Positions 1-13,523 of a stretch of DNA of 64,000 nucleotides are shown here, piece after piece. A program made the position numbers and the translations under genes. The stretch covers positions 531,857-595,856 of the forward strand of contig NW_003314364.1 in NCBI RefSeq assembly GCF_000143415.4. Reading direction: 5' to 3'. The notes beneath the pieces were generated by a model. It saw nothing but the letters and a program-made list of their open reading frames with translations, made no database searches and was not told where the DNA came from. The first letter of the stretch is position 1. The number at the start of each line of letters is the position of its first letter. Origin of the DNA: Selaginella moellendorffii. Taxonomy: Eukaryota; Plantae; Lycopodiophyta.

Positions 1-1059
1 TGCATTAACGTTGCTACAGATGATGCACGATCAAACGCGAGTAATATTACCATTTGACTTTCTCCTAACGCAGGAGGATTGCTTGACTATGGTCCATGTG
101 AGGGGTAGCAAGCCCATCTTCATCAAGCCAGAGGCTGTAGTGATGAACCGGACTGCTAGGTCAAGTGAAATCCTCATCATCGATGACTCGCTGATTAAAA
201 CTGCAGCGAACACGCACACATATGCAGTGCACCCCATCTCTTGCAGTATGGAAACTAGGGAGAAGAAACCGTATGTTCTGGGGGACCTTGCAAAACGGCT
301 TGGAGCGATGGTGATAGAGAACCGGCCAGTCCAGGAGGTGGCTGCAGAAATCAACCAAATGGCAGATGGAACGGTATATCAGAAGCCATTTGATCGGACA
401 GACACCAATCATCATTTATGGCATGTATATTGTCTAGCCAAGCACTATCCGCATCTCCATAATCTGCTCAACCGGATGGGTTCTTCGACCACTGAACATG
501 AGCGTGGACGTATTAGAGAAGCGATGGCATTACTATTGGGTTTAAATCCTGATAGTGTGGAGAGATGAAATTCCAAGATTATTGTATAGGCGTTGGAGGC
601 AAAAAATAACAGTCTGAGATGGCATGTATTTATTTAAAAATGTAACTTATTATGACATGGGGTTCCATGCCATTGTATTAATATTAAAAGACAATTCTTT
701 GAGAGGATTTGCATTATACTAGAAGTGTTACAGCATGTTATTGGAAGTCTACGAAGTTGTTTTATTAATAAGGGGAAAGTAAAGATTGAATGGGGACTTG
801 GGCTCCACCTAGACTCGGAGCAACTGAGCCAATATTAAAAGGATGGAAAGAAATTGGACGACGATGACAAGGAGAAGAGAGAGGTGAAGCAGTGGCAGGG
901 GGAGGAGAAGTGATTGAGTAGACATTTCCTTGTTTAAAATAAAATGGCATGTGCCTCAATGCAGTTGAATTTTGTTATATTTATATACTATATAAAGGTT
1001 TGGAAACCTTATTTTACAAGTGGGATAATGACAATTCCCACTTTAACGAAATAGAGCTT
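1..1059 (-). mobile_element. Terminal 1.06 kb of a second copy of the Sola-like TIR transposon (runs off the left edge of the window)
   Basis: Near-identical reverse complement of 44991-46051. It ends exactly at the TIR ...TCCCACTTTAACGAAATAGAGCTT (1059), after which homology stops. Confidence 0.92.
11..568 (+). pseudogene. C-terminal part of the transposon-borne FCP1/NIF-like HAD phosphatase gene (copy 1)
   Basis: Same protein as 45433-46295, including the ILIIDDS motif. It has CAG where copy 2 has TAG, but carries a 2-bp deletion near 565 that truncates the tail. Confidence 0.7.
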
Positions 1060-1118
1060 GAAAGTAAAGTGAAAGAAAGGAAGAAAAAGAAAAAGAAAAA
1101 GAAGAGAAGAGCAATGCT

Positions 1119-1625
1119 TCACCGGATGAAGCGTTTGAGATGAGAGTGGTTGTGAGCATGTGGGAGTTCACGTCCATCAGCATCAATTAACACATATGCT
1201 TTGCCTTCAATGTGTCGCTGGACAAAGTAGGGGCCAGTCCAGCGAGGGGAGAACTTCAAATGTGGCATAAACTCCTTGAGTCGAACGAAATCGCCATCCT
1301 TGAATGGTTCAGCCAACCGCTGGTGATCAATGATTGACTTGATCTTCTACTTGCCTTGAAGGAGATGTTCTGATGTGGATCGTCATTGTTCTTCCAAGGC
1401 AAGAACCTCCAAGTCACATGCATGAAGCTTGTCCTCATCGCTAAGCTACATCACTACTGCATATCGAAGTGAAAGTGAGAGTGATAGCACTTGGATCTCC
1501 ACTGGAAGCACAACTTCTGTCCCATAGACAAGGGAGAATGGGGTCACGGAGATGGATGTCTTGAAGGATGTCCGAAAGGCCCACAATGCCGTAACCAAGT
1601 GCTCGTGCCAGCACATTGGGTGATC
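1119..1625 (-). pseudogene. Ty3/Gypsy (Tat/Ogre-like) integrase C-terminal remnant
   Basis: WHEHLVTALWAFRTS...TPFSLVYGTE and the GPY/F motif KFSPRWTGPYFV...HLKRF; frame is broken. Confidence 0.8.
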
Positions 1626-1629
1626 CTCA

Positions 1630-3240
1630 GTGGTTGGGCCTATAGGCCTTGATATAGTGGCAATGTTGGCAAACAAGGCCATAGATAGAAAGGGACTTGG
1701 TGGGGACTGAAAAAGGGATATTGAGGAAAGCCATTCCCCATGTCTGTGGCCATCCTAAGGATGCTAAGGAGTGGATTTGGGATGATCACTCATAGACAGA
1801 TGGCCCAATCTTTGAGAGACAAGACAGTGATATAGGTGGTGTTGGATCATCAGTGTGACAAATGCGAATGGGCATGGCCTTAGTGTAACAGACTGATATA
1901 TCATGGTACCTTTGAGTGTCAATTATGGGATCAGACACATGGAGCAATCAAAGGTTGAGTAGCATGAATGCCATTCTCGGGGTTAGCAAGCCTCAAGTTC
2001 AGAATAGTATTTATGGAGGTTGTGAGGAAGACTCCTCCAAATGGTCAGAGGTGTGTGTGAGACAAAATCCCTAGCCCCCAAATTGGAGCCGGAAGGGTGC
2101 CACATGGAAGTGGCCGAGGTGAAGGCCAAACAAGTGTAACATGTTTGGACCAAAAGCTCCAACTTGAAATGTCCAGAGCATGAGTGGAACTCTCAACGAA
2201 GTGCTCGAGAAACAAGCACGAAGTGAGCGATAAAGGAGTCTCTAGAAAAGGGACACAAGAGGACCCGAGATGGAGTCCGAGATGGACCCGCAATGGAGTC
2301 CGAGATGGACTCGAGATGGAGTCCGATATCAACCCGATATGGACCCGAGATGGAGTCCGAGATGGACCTAAGATGGAGTCTGAGATGGAGCCTGAGATGG
2401 ACCCGAGATGGAGTCCAAGATGGAGTCCGAGATGGAATCCAAGATGGAGTCCGAGAAGGGCCCGAGATGGAGTCTGAAGTCAAGATCGAGATCGAGACTG
2501 AGACCGGGACCGAGACCAAGACCGAGACCGGGACCAAGACCGAGACCGAGACCAAGCCCGAGCCTGAGACTGAGCCCTAGACCGAGCTTGAGCCCGAGCC
2601 CAAGTCCAAGTCTGAGTCCGAGTCTGAGTCCGAGTCTAAGTTTGAGTCTGAGGGGGTGAAAGCCCAAAGCATTCATCTCCCAGACTCTGGGGGGTTTGGT
2701 GAGCTCCAAAAGTGTAGTAGGGGGAGGACTCCAATGGAGCTAGTTTGGCCAGGAAAGGCCAGTTTGTCCTAGGAAGGCTGTACCCAGGTGTTGGGTGATA
2801 GGATAACCACTGGGAAGTCCAAAGTTAGAGTGAATATGGACTGACAAGTGGGGTAACTTGGTGAAGTGTTCAAGAGTTGGCTCTAATTGCTCCAGAAGAT
2901 CAAATGGTTGATGCTCCTAGTCCAAGTGTGGGTGGCACTACCTACTTGGATACCTGGCATAGCTCAACAGAACTTCCCAAAGGCCCAGATTGTGAAAAGG
3001 AAGAAAGGTAATCCTTTGGTGTAGTGACCAAAGATACAGTCGTGTGGCGAGGAAGTCCCAGAGGTCTGTAGGACTTAGTGGTCGGGCCTGTGGGCCTCGA
3101 TCTAGTGGCAATGTTGGCAAACACGGCCATAGGCAGAAAGGGACTTGTTGGGGACTGGAAAAGGGATATTGGGGAAGTCTATTCCCCATGCCTACGGGCA
3201 TCCTAAGGATGCTAAAGAGTGGATTTGGGATGATCACTCG
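1630..3240 (+). mobile_element. Family A LTR fragments (LTR inserted into LTR; new LTR starts at about 2056), duplicate of about 36869-38479
   Basis: Near-identical to the region 35239 bp downstream, including the GAGGTGTG|TGTGAGACAAAATCCC junction and the satellite arrays. Confidence 0.85.
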
Positions 3241-3770
3241 AAGAAGCTAAGAGATGTCTCAGGCTACCTGACTGACCTCCAACCATGTCAATCGCATTGC
3301 ATGAGAAAGCATCCGTCATATAGATGGTTGATTCCACCGCCAACTCAGGAAAAACCTCTGTGAGCTCAGGAGGAAAGTACGGTGTGGAGGCCATCTTAGT
3401 CTGAGTCTGTTGGGCTTGCTGAGAAAGAGCTCTACCATGGTTGTTGAGAAAGGTGACGCTATGGGTTCCATCGCTAATTTCTATCTTGCCTTGTGCACTG
3501 TCAATGGTGCAATGGGCTGTGACTTGCCATGATCTGCCAAGGATGATAGAGTCCTCCAAGGAGGACATTCCAAGACGTTGGTAGTCAACCACGAAGAAAT
3601 CCACCTCAGAAATAACACCTTGCACAGAGACCTTGACACCATAGCAAATGCCCGCTGGAGGAACAGTGTGGTTTGCGAACGTCTTGAGCATGATGGAGGA
3701 GCTCTCAGTGATCTGTAGCTGTGCTGAAAGGGCAGCTTCAAGAGAGATAATGTTGCTTCCAAAACCGGAA
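3240..3770 (-). pseudogene. Retrotransposon aspartic protease remnant
   Basis: LDSG...FFVVD...IILGRSW motifs in ORF 3212-3817, sandwiched between LTR pieces. Confidence 0.7.
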
Positions 3771-3920
3771 TCCAAGTGTGGGTGGCACGACCTACTTGGA
3801 TACCTTGCATGGCTCATCGAAACCTCACTCTAGCCACTTGGCTAGGGCACCCAAAGGCAGATAGTGGGAAGAGTACCCACAAAGCTCGCATAGAACTATG
3901 GTGTTTTGAAATGTCGTCCC

Positions 3921-5305
3921 TGTAAGTGACTAAATTTTTCCATTCTACTTTAGTCACTTAACCACACCTCCGACCACTTGGAGGAGTTTCATTCACAACC
4001 TCCATAAGTCCCATTCGGGACTTGGGGCTTGCTACCCTGAGAATGGCATCTATGTCACTCAACCTTTGCACTTGGTCCAAATGCTCCTCGTGTCCAGTCC
4101 CATGACTGACACCCCAAGGCAGCACCAACACACCAGCCCGTTATGCTAGGCCATGCCCAATCACCTTGGTCATATCGGTGGTCCAACACCACCTGCATTG
4201 CAATCCCGTCTCTCCAAGACTGGGCCATCCGTCCATGAGTGGTCATCCTAGATCCACTCCTTAACATCCTTAGGATACCCACAGACATGGGGAATACCCT
4301 TCCCCAATATCTCCTTTCTAGTCCCCGCCAAGTCCCTTTCTGTCTTTGGCCGTGTTCGCCAACACTGCCACTGGATCAAGGCCCACCAGCCCGACCACTA
4401 AGTCCCACGGTCCTTTGGGACTTCCTCACCGCACGACTGTATCCTTGGTCACTACACTAGAGGACTACTCCTCTTCCTTTCCACAGTTTGGGCCTTTGGG
4501 ACAACATTTTGGAACACCGTGGCCTTACGCAAGCCTTGTGGGTACTCTCCCCGCCTTCCGCCTTTGGGTGCTCTAACCATGGGCTTAGAGCGAGGTTCCG
4601 TTGAGCCACACCAAGTATCCAAGTAGGTAGTGCCACCCACACTTGGACTGGGAGCATCGACCAGTCGATCTCCCGAGGGAACTAGAGCCGGCTCTTGAAC
4701 ACTTCACCAAGCTACCCCGCTTGTCAGTCCGTATTCACTCTAGTCTTGGACTTCCCAGTGGTCAGTTCATCACCCAACACTAGGAGACGAACGCTTTGGG
4801 CTTTTACCCTCACAGACTCGAACTCGGACTCAGACTCGGACTCGGCCTCGGCCTCGGGCTCAGCCTCAGTCTTGGTCCCGGTCTCTGTCTCGGTCTCGGT
4901 CTCGGCCTCGGTCTCGGTCTTGGTCTCGGTCCCGGTCTCAGTCCCGGTCTCTATCTCGACCTCGGACTCCATCTCGGGTCCTTCTCGGACTCCATCTCAG
5001 GTCCATCTCAGACTTCATCTTGGACTCCATCTCAGACTCCATCTCGGACTCCATCTTGGGTCCATCTCGGACTCCACTCGGACTCCACCTCAGACTCTAA
5101 CTCGGGTCCCTTTTTGGAGCCTCACTTATTGCTCACTTCATGCTTGTTCTTTGAGCACTCTGTTGGGAGTTCCATTGCCGCTCTCAACCTTTCAAGTCGG
5201 AGCCTTTTAGTCCAAATGTGTTACGCTCGTTTGGCTTTTGCTTCGGCCACTACCACATGGCACCCTTTCGGCTCCACTTTGGGGCTTAGGGATTTGTGTC
5301 TCACA
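3921..5305 (-). mobile_element. Family A solo LTR inserted into another family A LTR (host about 3771-5878)
   Basis: Termini TGTAAG...CTCACA; 5-bp TSD GTCCC at 3916-3920 and 5306-5310. The host LTR resumes in register and ends ...TTTTACA at 5878. Confidence 0.9.
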
Positions 5306-5879
5306 GTCCCAAAGTCCCAGACTATGGAAAGGAAGAGAAGCAGTTCACTTGTGTGGTGACCAAGGATGTAATCATACAGCAAGGACATTGGGACATAGTG
5401 GTCGGGACTATAAGCCTTGATCTAGTGGCAGTGTTGGCAAACACAGCTGTGGACAGAAAGGGATTTGGTGAGGCTTGAAAAAGAAATATTGGGGAAGGCT
5501 ATTCCCCATCTCTACGAGCATCCTAAGGATGCTAAGGAGTGGATCTGGGATGATCACTCATGGATAAATGGCCCAGTCTTTGAGAGATGGGATTGTGATG
5601 CAGGTGGTGTTGGACCACCAGTGTGACAAAAGATGAATGAGTATGGCTTTAGCATAATGGGCTAATATGTCGGTGGTACATTTGGGTGTCGGTCATGGGA
5701 TTGGGCACGTGGAGCACTTGGACCAAGTGCAAAGGTTGAGTGGCATAGATGCCATTCTCCGGGCTAGCAAGTCCCCAAGTCCGAAATAGGACTTATGAAG
5801 GTTAAGAGTGAGACTCCTCCATGTGGTTGAAGTTGTGGCTAAGTGACTAAAGTAAAATGGAAAAATTAGTCTTTTACAA

Positions 5880-6590
5880 TAGGGAACACCCTTCTTTGGT
5901 CCCCACCCACTCTATCCACGGCAATGCTCACTAACACCCCCACTAGGTTAGGGCTTAAATGCCTAACCACTAAGTCCTACTAGCATCTGGGACTTCCTCA
6001 CCATGTGACCATATCTTTGGTCACTACACAAGAGGACTGCTTCTCTTCCTTTCTACAATTCGAGACTTTGGGATACATTTTGAAACACTGTGGCCCTATG
6101 CAAGCCTCATGGGTACTCCCCCCACCTTCCACCTTTGGGTGCCCTATAAAGCGAGAATTCGATGAGCCATGCCAGGTATCCAAGTAGGTAGTGCCAGCCA
6201 TACCTAGATTGGGAGCATCAAGTATTTGATCTTCTAGGGGAGTTAGAGCTAGCTCTTGAACACTTCACCAAGATACCTTGCTTGTCTATCTATATTCACT
6301 CTAGCTTTGGACTCTTCACTAGATATATCATCACCTACCATGTGGGTGTAGCCTTCCTGGGTCACACTAGCCTTTCCTAACCAAATTAGTTCCATTGGAG
6401 TCTAACCACCATATTCTCCCTAGTATAGTTTTGGAACCCCTCACAGCCCCCTCCCCCCTGCCCCCCCTCGGGAAAAACAATCACTTTAGGCTTTCACCCC
6501 ATGACATGTATTAGTATTTTAATATTTGGACGCAGTCTTGACTTTGGACTCAAGCTTGGACTTGGACTTGGTCCCTATCTCGGACTCACT
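5880..6590 (-). mobile_element. Older, degenerate family A LTR fragment
   Basis: Recognisable LTR motifs (CCAAGTAGGTAGTGCC, GGCTTTCACCC, decayed GGACTC arrays). Confidence 0.7.
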
Positions 6591-8019
6591 GACAAGGTTT
6601 CACTCTCATTCCTTTTTCTTGTGCTTCATACTTGTTTTATTTTGTTCATTGAGTTCCCCCATGTTGAGGTATGTTCTCCTCAACTGGCTCACTAGGTAGG
6701 TGCTTATTACTTTTTCTTTCTTTTACCTTGTTGTATGTTTTGTTTCTGCTGCTCACCAAGATGATAGGTGGTGCTAATGGAAATATTGATAGAAGCAATC
6801 ACATACTTTTCTCAAGTGGCTCAAGGCAAGTTTTTTTCTCTTCTCTTTCTCCTCAACTGGCTCACTTTGTTTTTCTTGGTTTTAGTTGTGCAAGTTTTCC
6901 TTCTGCAAGACAAGACACTCCTGCCAATTGAGGTATGTTCATGGCTTTACTATTTGTTTGATCCATGTGGTTCTTCTCTCCACATGCAAGGCTGAGGCCA
7001 AGTGTGAAGAAGCTCCTCCCAATGCTGAAGAACACCATGAGATGCTGGAGATGCAATGTTTTGGAGCACTACCACATTTCCATTTTCTTTCATAGGATAT
7101 GGACAGATCAAAATGAGCATAGGAATCATTTGAAAATGGTGAAATGAAACTCATGTTAGTGCAGCTGGAAAATGGTTTGTTTACAAGTAAAGAACAGTGG
7201 CCAATGCCAAATTAACACAAAGTATAGGTTTGAGCTTTTTCTGACTTCATGACAAAAACAACAACTCAATCTTCTCCACATGTACTAAACAACAAACTTT
7301 TGTAAAATTCATATTTTCATTTACAACAAATAAAAAAGTTCAAAATTTACAAAAAAAAAACTACAATATTAAAATATTATAAAAACAATCTCAAAATAAT
7401 AGATTTACATCCTTCTAAAATATCCCCCCCAACGTAGTATCATGGGGCTTTTATACAATGCACTAATCGCAGGAATCAGAATATTCTCTGGTTTGCTCTC
7501 TCTCAGGCAGCTAATGGCTCATGGATGCGGCTTGCATCCCAACAGATGACCACAGTGGATCAAGCGTGCTTGTCGCGTGAAGAGAACCTCTCGATTTTCA
7601 GATGTCCAATGCAATGCCCATGTTGGGGAACTGCGGAAACTGGAGAAACCAAAACAAAGAAAAGAAACAAAGAAAATGGAAGAGGGATCAAGTTTGGAGT
7701 CACAAGGAAAACCACATGGGGAAAACTCTGAGAAAAAACTGAACCCAAGTCCAGAAAGAAAGAGGAGAGAAAACCAAAGAAAATGATGTGAAAATTGTGA
7801 AGAAGTGCTCAGTGTAAAGAGAAACATAGAAAAGAGAATGGAAACCAAAGCTGGAGGAAGAAGCACTCACCTGGATCACAGCCTTGTGGGTTCTCAAGCC
7901 TCCGGAAAGTTCCTGAAGTTTCCCAAGCTTGCAATGGAAAGATGAGAGAGATGTGTGCCTGGAATTTGTATGAAGGAAAGAGATTGTTGGGATAGGCAAT
8001 GGTGATACTCCATTGACTA

Positions 8020-8275
8020 ATGCTTTAGAGTTGGTAATTAAGCCTCTTGTGGTTGAGACAGATGTGAGTGACATTGCTATTGGGGCTGTATTGCTTCAAG
8101 TTGGGCATCCTCTCACGTTCATGTGCCACAAGTTTGATGCCACACAAAAAAATTGGCCTTCTTAAGATAAAGAGTTGTATGCCATGATTGCTGCTGTGAA
8201 GGAATGGTGACATTATGTGTAGATCAGACTTCCATGTGAATTCAGATCATCAGTCTCTCAAGTATTGCATCAAAA
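8020..8275 (+). pseudogene. Ty3/Gypsy RNase H remnant
   Basis: Translates as VETDVSDIAIGAVLLQ...KELYAMIAAVKEW*HY...SDHQSLKY, with lesions. Confidence 0.7.
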
Positions 8276-9501
8276 GGATTGTCAAAATGTTTTTACAAAG
8301 TCTATAATTCCTTCACTACTTAAGGGTTCACTTCAAGTAAAAATTTTGTTTGCTTCATTCAAATCAATTTGAATAAGCAAACTGAGATTTGAAACGAGAT
8401 TACTCATTTGCTCTGCAATGACTGCACCAGGTATTGGGCTCTGCCTGCCACCAGTACTGTCCTCGGCATGCAGCTAGAGCAGCAAAATGCAATCTTCATT
8501 TTCTTTTTGGAGTAATTGGTAGCTTAGTCTTTTCTTTGTTTGAAAAGAATGTTGCATTGGGACGAGCCCCTTCGCTGATGAGATAAAGCTGATCAAAGCG
8601 TGAAACGCATGTAAGTACATTCTCCCATGCGACCTGCAAATAATTTACATAATCATCTACAATATTGAGCAAAACCTGCATATTTGGCCAAGGTAAGCAC
8701 GTCATCACAGTAAATTGACCCTGATAGCATTCACGTTTTTGCTTGATATCCACAGGAGAATGTAGAGATGTAAACTATGCAAGAGAAGTCACAAAAGCAT
8801 CCGCTGTATTTGCATGCACATCACTGCAGTGATATGTAGAGAGTCAACTCGACATGCAGGCACTAGCGCAGGATTTTTACACCGAGCAATGAGGAAACAA
8901 AACAAATAACACGGCAATAGAGAATGTCATGCTGTAGTTTGGACACTGCTTAATAAGCTAAGGTATTCATCTTGTGCTCGTTGATAGTACTCAGCCGCAG
9001 TTAGAAGAGAAAGCTACACTGCTATCTTAGAAGATATAACCCGTATGAAGGCATCAACTCGAACATTTCATGACCCAGGAAGGAGGTAAACAAGAAGGAT
9101 GTAAATACTAAGAAAACGAGGCACGGGCAGTGGATGCTCAGCATAAGGCCGATAGAATCACTCGTTCTTTCGTGTGATGAGCAGCATTCCATATAATTTT
9201 TCTCGTGTTCTGTTTTCTCATGATTCATGACAGTTTTGGACTCCAACTCTTGGTTGGAGTCCAAACTCATGGAGCGGTAAACTCAGATTATTACTTTGTT
9301 CCAAGCCATTGGCATCCATGCTTGAGGTTTGTGCAGGCAGTAAAGTTTTGGAAAGCGATTTTTCAGCTTCACAGCTTCTGGTATGAAGTTTTGAGTGCTT
9401 CTCTAGACAGCTCTAGCCTCTAGAAGGCAGGGGTTTGGAAAGTCCTTGATGCCTCAGAGGAGCAAAAGACTTATCCAATGGGACTTAAACACTGTCAACA
9501 T

Positions 9502-10555
9502 CATACTTGCATTCGAACGGGTATGATTAATAAAAAATGCCATTTAAAACACGCATATAATACGGCATTTAAAACGGCATTTAAACACCAAGAATATTTT
9601 TAAGAAACCCTAAAGAATATGCTTTCTTTTACTTATTAGGGTTCATGTAAAATCAGGGTTCACGGGATCCGGAAGCGCTGAGGTAAGTCCGGGATGGGGG
9701 GAGGAAGGCAGCCATGCTGGAGCTGGGCTCATGTTCTGAAACTGAGGCCAACATCCGAGACAAGCCACGGCCTGAGTCTATGGAAGTGTAAGTATTGCTC
9801 GAATACTTACACTGGCACGGCTGAATGAGTTCACGCTCACCTTGGGGGTGTGAAAGGAAGGAATGTAGAGATTTGTACAGGACAGGTGCCACTGGAGGTG
9901 GTGAACAAGGCTCGGGCATCTTTTAATCGTGTGGAGCTCACGAAGAGCTCCATGATTGCAGCAAGTCCCCAAAAGAGACTTGCCTTAGCTCACGAGACTG
10001 AGGTCGGTGAGGTGAGCGGTGGTGCCAGCTGCGGGGCAAGTGGTGGGGCTACTGGAGGGCTGGGTGAGGCAAGCAGCGGCAGTGTTCCACTTTCTGGAAA
10101 CTGGAAACTGGAGCTCATGGAGCATGATCCAGACGAAGAGGAGGTCTCGACTGCTCTCCAAAAACTCAGAGAAGCTGGTTTTTGTGCACACAAATATGCA
10201 TGTCATACAGAAGATCAAGTTTGGGAGTTTGAGGCTTATTGAGCATGATCTTGATAACCTTGAGCTTGAGCCTCAGTGGCAAAGGATCCTTGCACTTCAG
10301 GAGGTTGTTGAAGAACCTCTTCAACAACCTAATGATGACGGCACTAGTGGTGATGATGTTCTAGATTCGGAGGATGAAGATTAGATTAAACCTATATTAT
10401 ATTATGTTAAACTTTTTTTTTAGTAACAGTTAATTATTTTTTAATTATATTAAAACTGAAAACCATTATACCCGTTCGAAAAAAAGCTAAACGGGTATTA
10501 AACGTTCGATACCCATTCAAATCCGGTTGCATTCGAATGTTCGGATGCAAGTATG
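9502..10555 (+). mobile_element. Internally deleted (non-autonomous) hAT DNA transposon
   Basis: 17-bp TIR CATACTTGCATTCGAAC / GTTCGGATGCAAGTATG and perfect 8-bp TSD GTCAACAT (9494-9501, 10556-10563). A BED-finger remnant (WKCKYC...HAHL...C) is joined to a hAT dimerisation-like tail (EKLVFVHTNM). Confidence 0.9.
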
Positions 10556-10989
10556 GTCAACATGCTCAAGGTTCACTGTAGAAGTTACTCGAAGCTCATA
10601 TAGCAACATTATATTCTTTTCTGTAGGAGGCCCTGAGTTTCAATCACTGTCCGTAGAGATACCGCAGCTTCAACCGTCTGACCTCATCCCAGTCTCTATT
10701 GTTTATTTATTTATTTATTTATTTATTGTCAGGAACACGAGTAGACACTCATAGAAGGATAGAAATGGCCTGCAATGGTTTATATCCACTCAGCTGAGCA
10801 GTTGACCACAAGAAGAAAATAGTCAAGATACTATATCTGGGAAAAGTACGCTTAACAGTTCCTGTATTTTTTAGCTGTGCCCTCACAAAAATCAGCCAGA
10901 TTGAAGTTGCATTGGTGGTTATTACATGGCGTTCTTTAGGTCTCTATAGTGCTGTAACGCAAAAATTGTTGCATGAGCCATGATACTAT

Positions 10990-13523
10990 GTAGATAACTA
11001 GGGTCTTTGTTTCCCGACTTACTAATCTCACTTAGCAAGTCACTCGATTAGTTTCATGCATAAGCGTGAAAGTCTTTAACCATTGACTTTTGCTCAAAGC
11101 CATCTCTTTGAACACTCAGGGACTATTTCCCCAACCTTGATAGCCTCGCCTCATGGCAAGCTTCAAGACCACACTTCTATTGTGCCACTCTAATTTCACA
11201 TGTTCTATAAACCATTACACTTATCTTTTTAGGTACTAATCTACCTAGAATTGTTTTTGGGAACCTTGAAGGGACTTTGTCCTTTAGTTTGCTCAATCCT
11301 CTCCTTTCGCAAGCTTTTTAATAACCATATGGTCTAACATGGACAATTCCATACTTTAAACTTTCCATGGCTTCACAGTTGTTAATAACAACACATTCAA
11401 ACATCTACTTGATTCTCCACTTCCAATTTGCATAACCACACTTGCTTATGACCTTTGATTCCTAAGGTTTGATTCTATCCATTTACTATTTCCTTTTTAG
11501 CCTTGTAACTTCCCTTTAGTTATTCTCCTTCGTCTAAGAGGGTAATTTTGCACTTTCTACCATACCTTAGCAAGTATTCTTATGGATGAACCTACTCAAT
11601 AACTTAAGGAGTGGTTTTTCAATCTGGATATGCTCACCATGTAATCCCACACACTAGGATTAACGTCGCTACATATGGGCCTCTTTATGCCTATTGCTAA
11701 CCATGCTAAAATCCCTTTTTGGCTTTGTCCAATTCGGATAAATAGTCTTCTCTCATCTTTGCAACCTTGGACGTTAAATAACACTTTTTATCCATTATTC
11801 ACTAAGCACTTAGTCCCTTGGGCCTTATCTAATGCCCTCATGATTTTAAACACCACTTTTTGATGTTTTAGAGTGTTTTGGTGTCCTAATGATGGCCTTT
11901 TTTAACAATGAGCACTTCCCTTTATGACATTGACTTACTATATCTCAACATAAGCAATTTATCCCCTGGAAGGGTATATTTAACTTCTACCAATTTAATT
12001 AATTATTTTGCACTTTTTGCGTAGTTGCTTCATAGTTGTCAAGTCCTACAACTCATTGCTAGTGCTTCCACACCTCCATCATTATTTGGGGTCACCACAC
12101 TCTAACCGCATGCCTTCCAGCTGATATGCCATTCCCATTTCCGTTGGAATTCCTTTGGCAAGAGGTTCTCATGAATTCGCCAACTTGACCTCAAAGCATC
12201 ACACCTTGGCACATTTGGCGTCTCCACACCATTGGCTCCACAAACTTACCTTTACGATAGTTCCCACTTGTGTCTAGGTCTTTGCCAAGACCAACACAAT
12301 TGTTTGTCATACCAACTATCTATTAGCACTATACCATAGTGTTCGCACACAACTCTGAGTCAAAGGTGCTTTCTTCTAAGAACACCTTTCCTACAACTTT
12401 AGTATGGCACCTTTTACCCCTTAAAACTATCCATCTATATGATGAGAATATCGACTCATCTTCTAAGTACACCCCCAATTCCTTGGGTTTGTTCCAGCAT
12501 TTATAAAAGGTAGCCCCAGCTACCATTTCAAGGACTCGTGTCCTAATCCGTATTTGACCTCATACGGTCATTAATTTTGGTCTCAAATTCATGAGCACCA
12601 GCCTCAACTATATGAGGATAATCTTGTGACTCCTTTATTTTAGAGTCTCTATCTTTTTCGTGATCCCAACTATAGTTGTTTACCACAACTAAATTATCTA
12701 ATTTACTAAATCAAACACTCATCTAGATCACATCCTTAACTCTTTGAGGAAAACTTTATACTGTTCCCAAGATTCCAAAGTCATTCCCAAATTGGCTTGT
12801 TTTTATCCACCACATTGCTAACATATTCACTTATGAACTAAGGTGGAGAGTCATGCCCTTTTGACATGCTACTCCTCAAGGATAAGCCCACTTTTGGGAC
12901 CTTCCAATGCCAAGACAAGTGGTGGTATACTTGACCACCAATAAAAGTCGGACTAAGGAACAACTCTAATACTAAATTGTAACCGACTAAATTTTCCATT
13001 TTACTTTAGTCACTTAACCACACCAACCACTTAGAGAAGTTTCACATACAACCTCCATAAGTCCTAATTTGGATTTGGGGCTTGTTAGCCCCGAGAATGG
13101 CATCCATGCCACTCAACTTTTGCATTTGGTCTAAGTGCTCCATGTATTCGATCCTATGACCAACACTCAAAGGTATCACCCACATATCAGCCCATTATGC
13201 TAAGGCCATGCCCATTTGCCTTTGTCACACCGGTGATCCAACACCACTTACATCACAGCTCTGTCTCTCAAAGTTTGGGCTATCCATCCATGAGTGATCA
13301 TCCCAAATTCACTCCTTAGGATCCTTAGGATGCTCACAGATATGGGGAATAGCCTTCTCTAATATTCCTTTTTCAGTCCCCATTAAGTCCCTTTCTGTTC
13401 ATGGCTGTGTTCGCCAACACTGCCACTAGATCAAAGCCCACAGGCCCAACCACTAAGTCCCACTGTCCTCTGGGATTTCGTCACCATATGTGACCGCAGC
13501 CTTGGTCATTACACCAAAGGACT
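10990..13523 (-). mobile_element. Truncated family A element (partial 5' LTR about 12979-13523, decayed PBS, internal region)
   Basis: Reverse-complement similarity to about 38250-41120. The LTR end TGTAACCGACTAAATTTTCC lies next to a decayed CTCTAATACTA (reverse-complement PBS). Confidence 0.8.
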
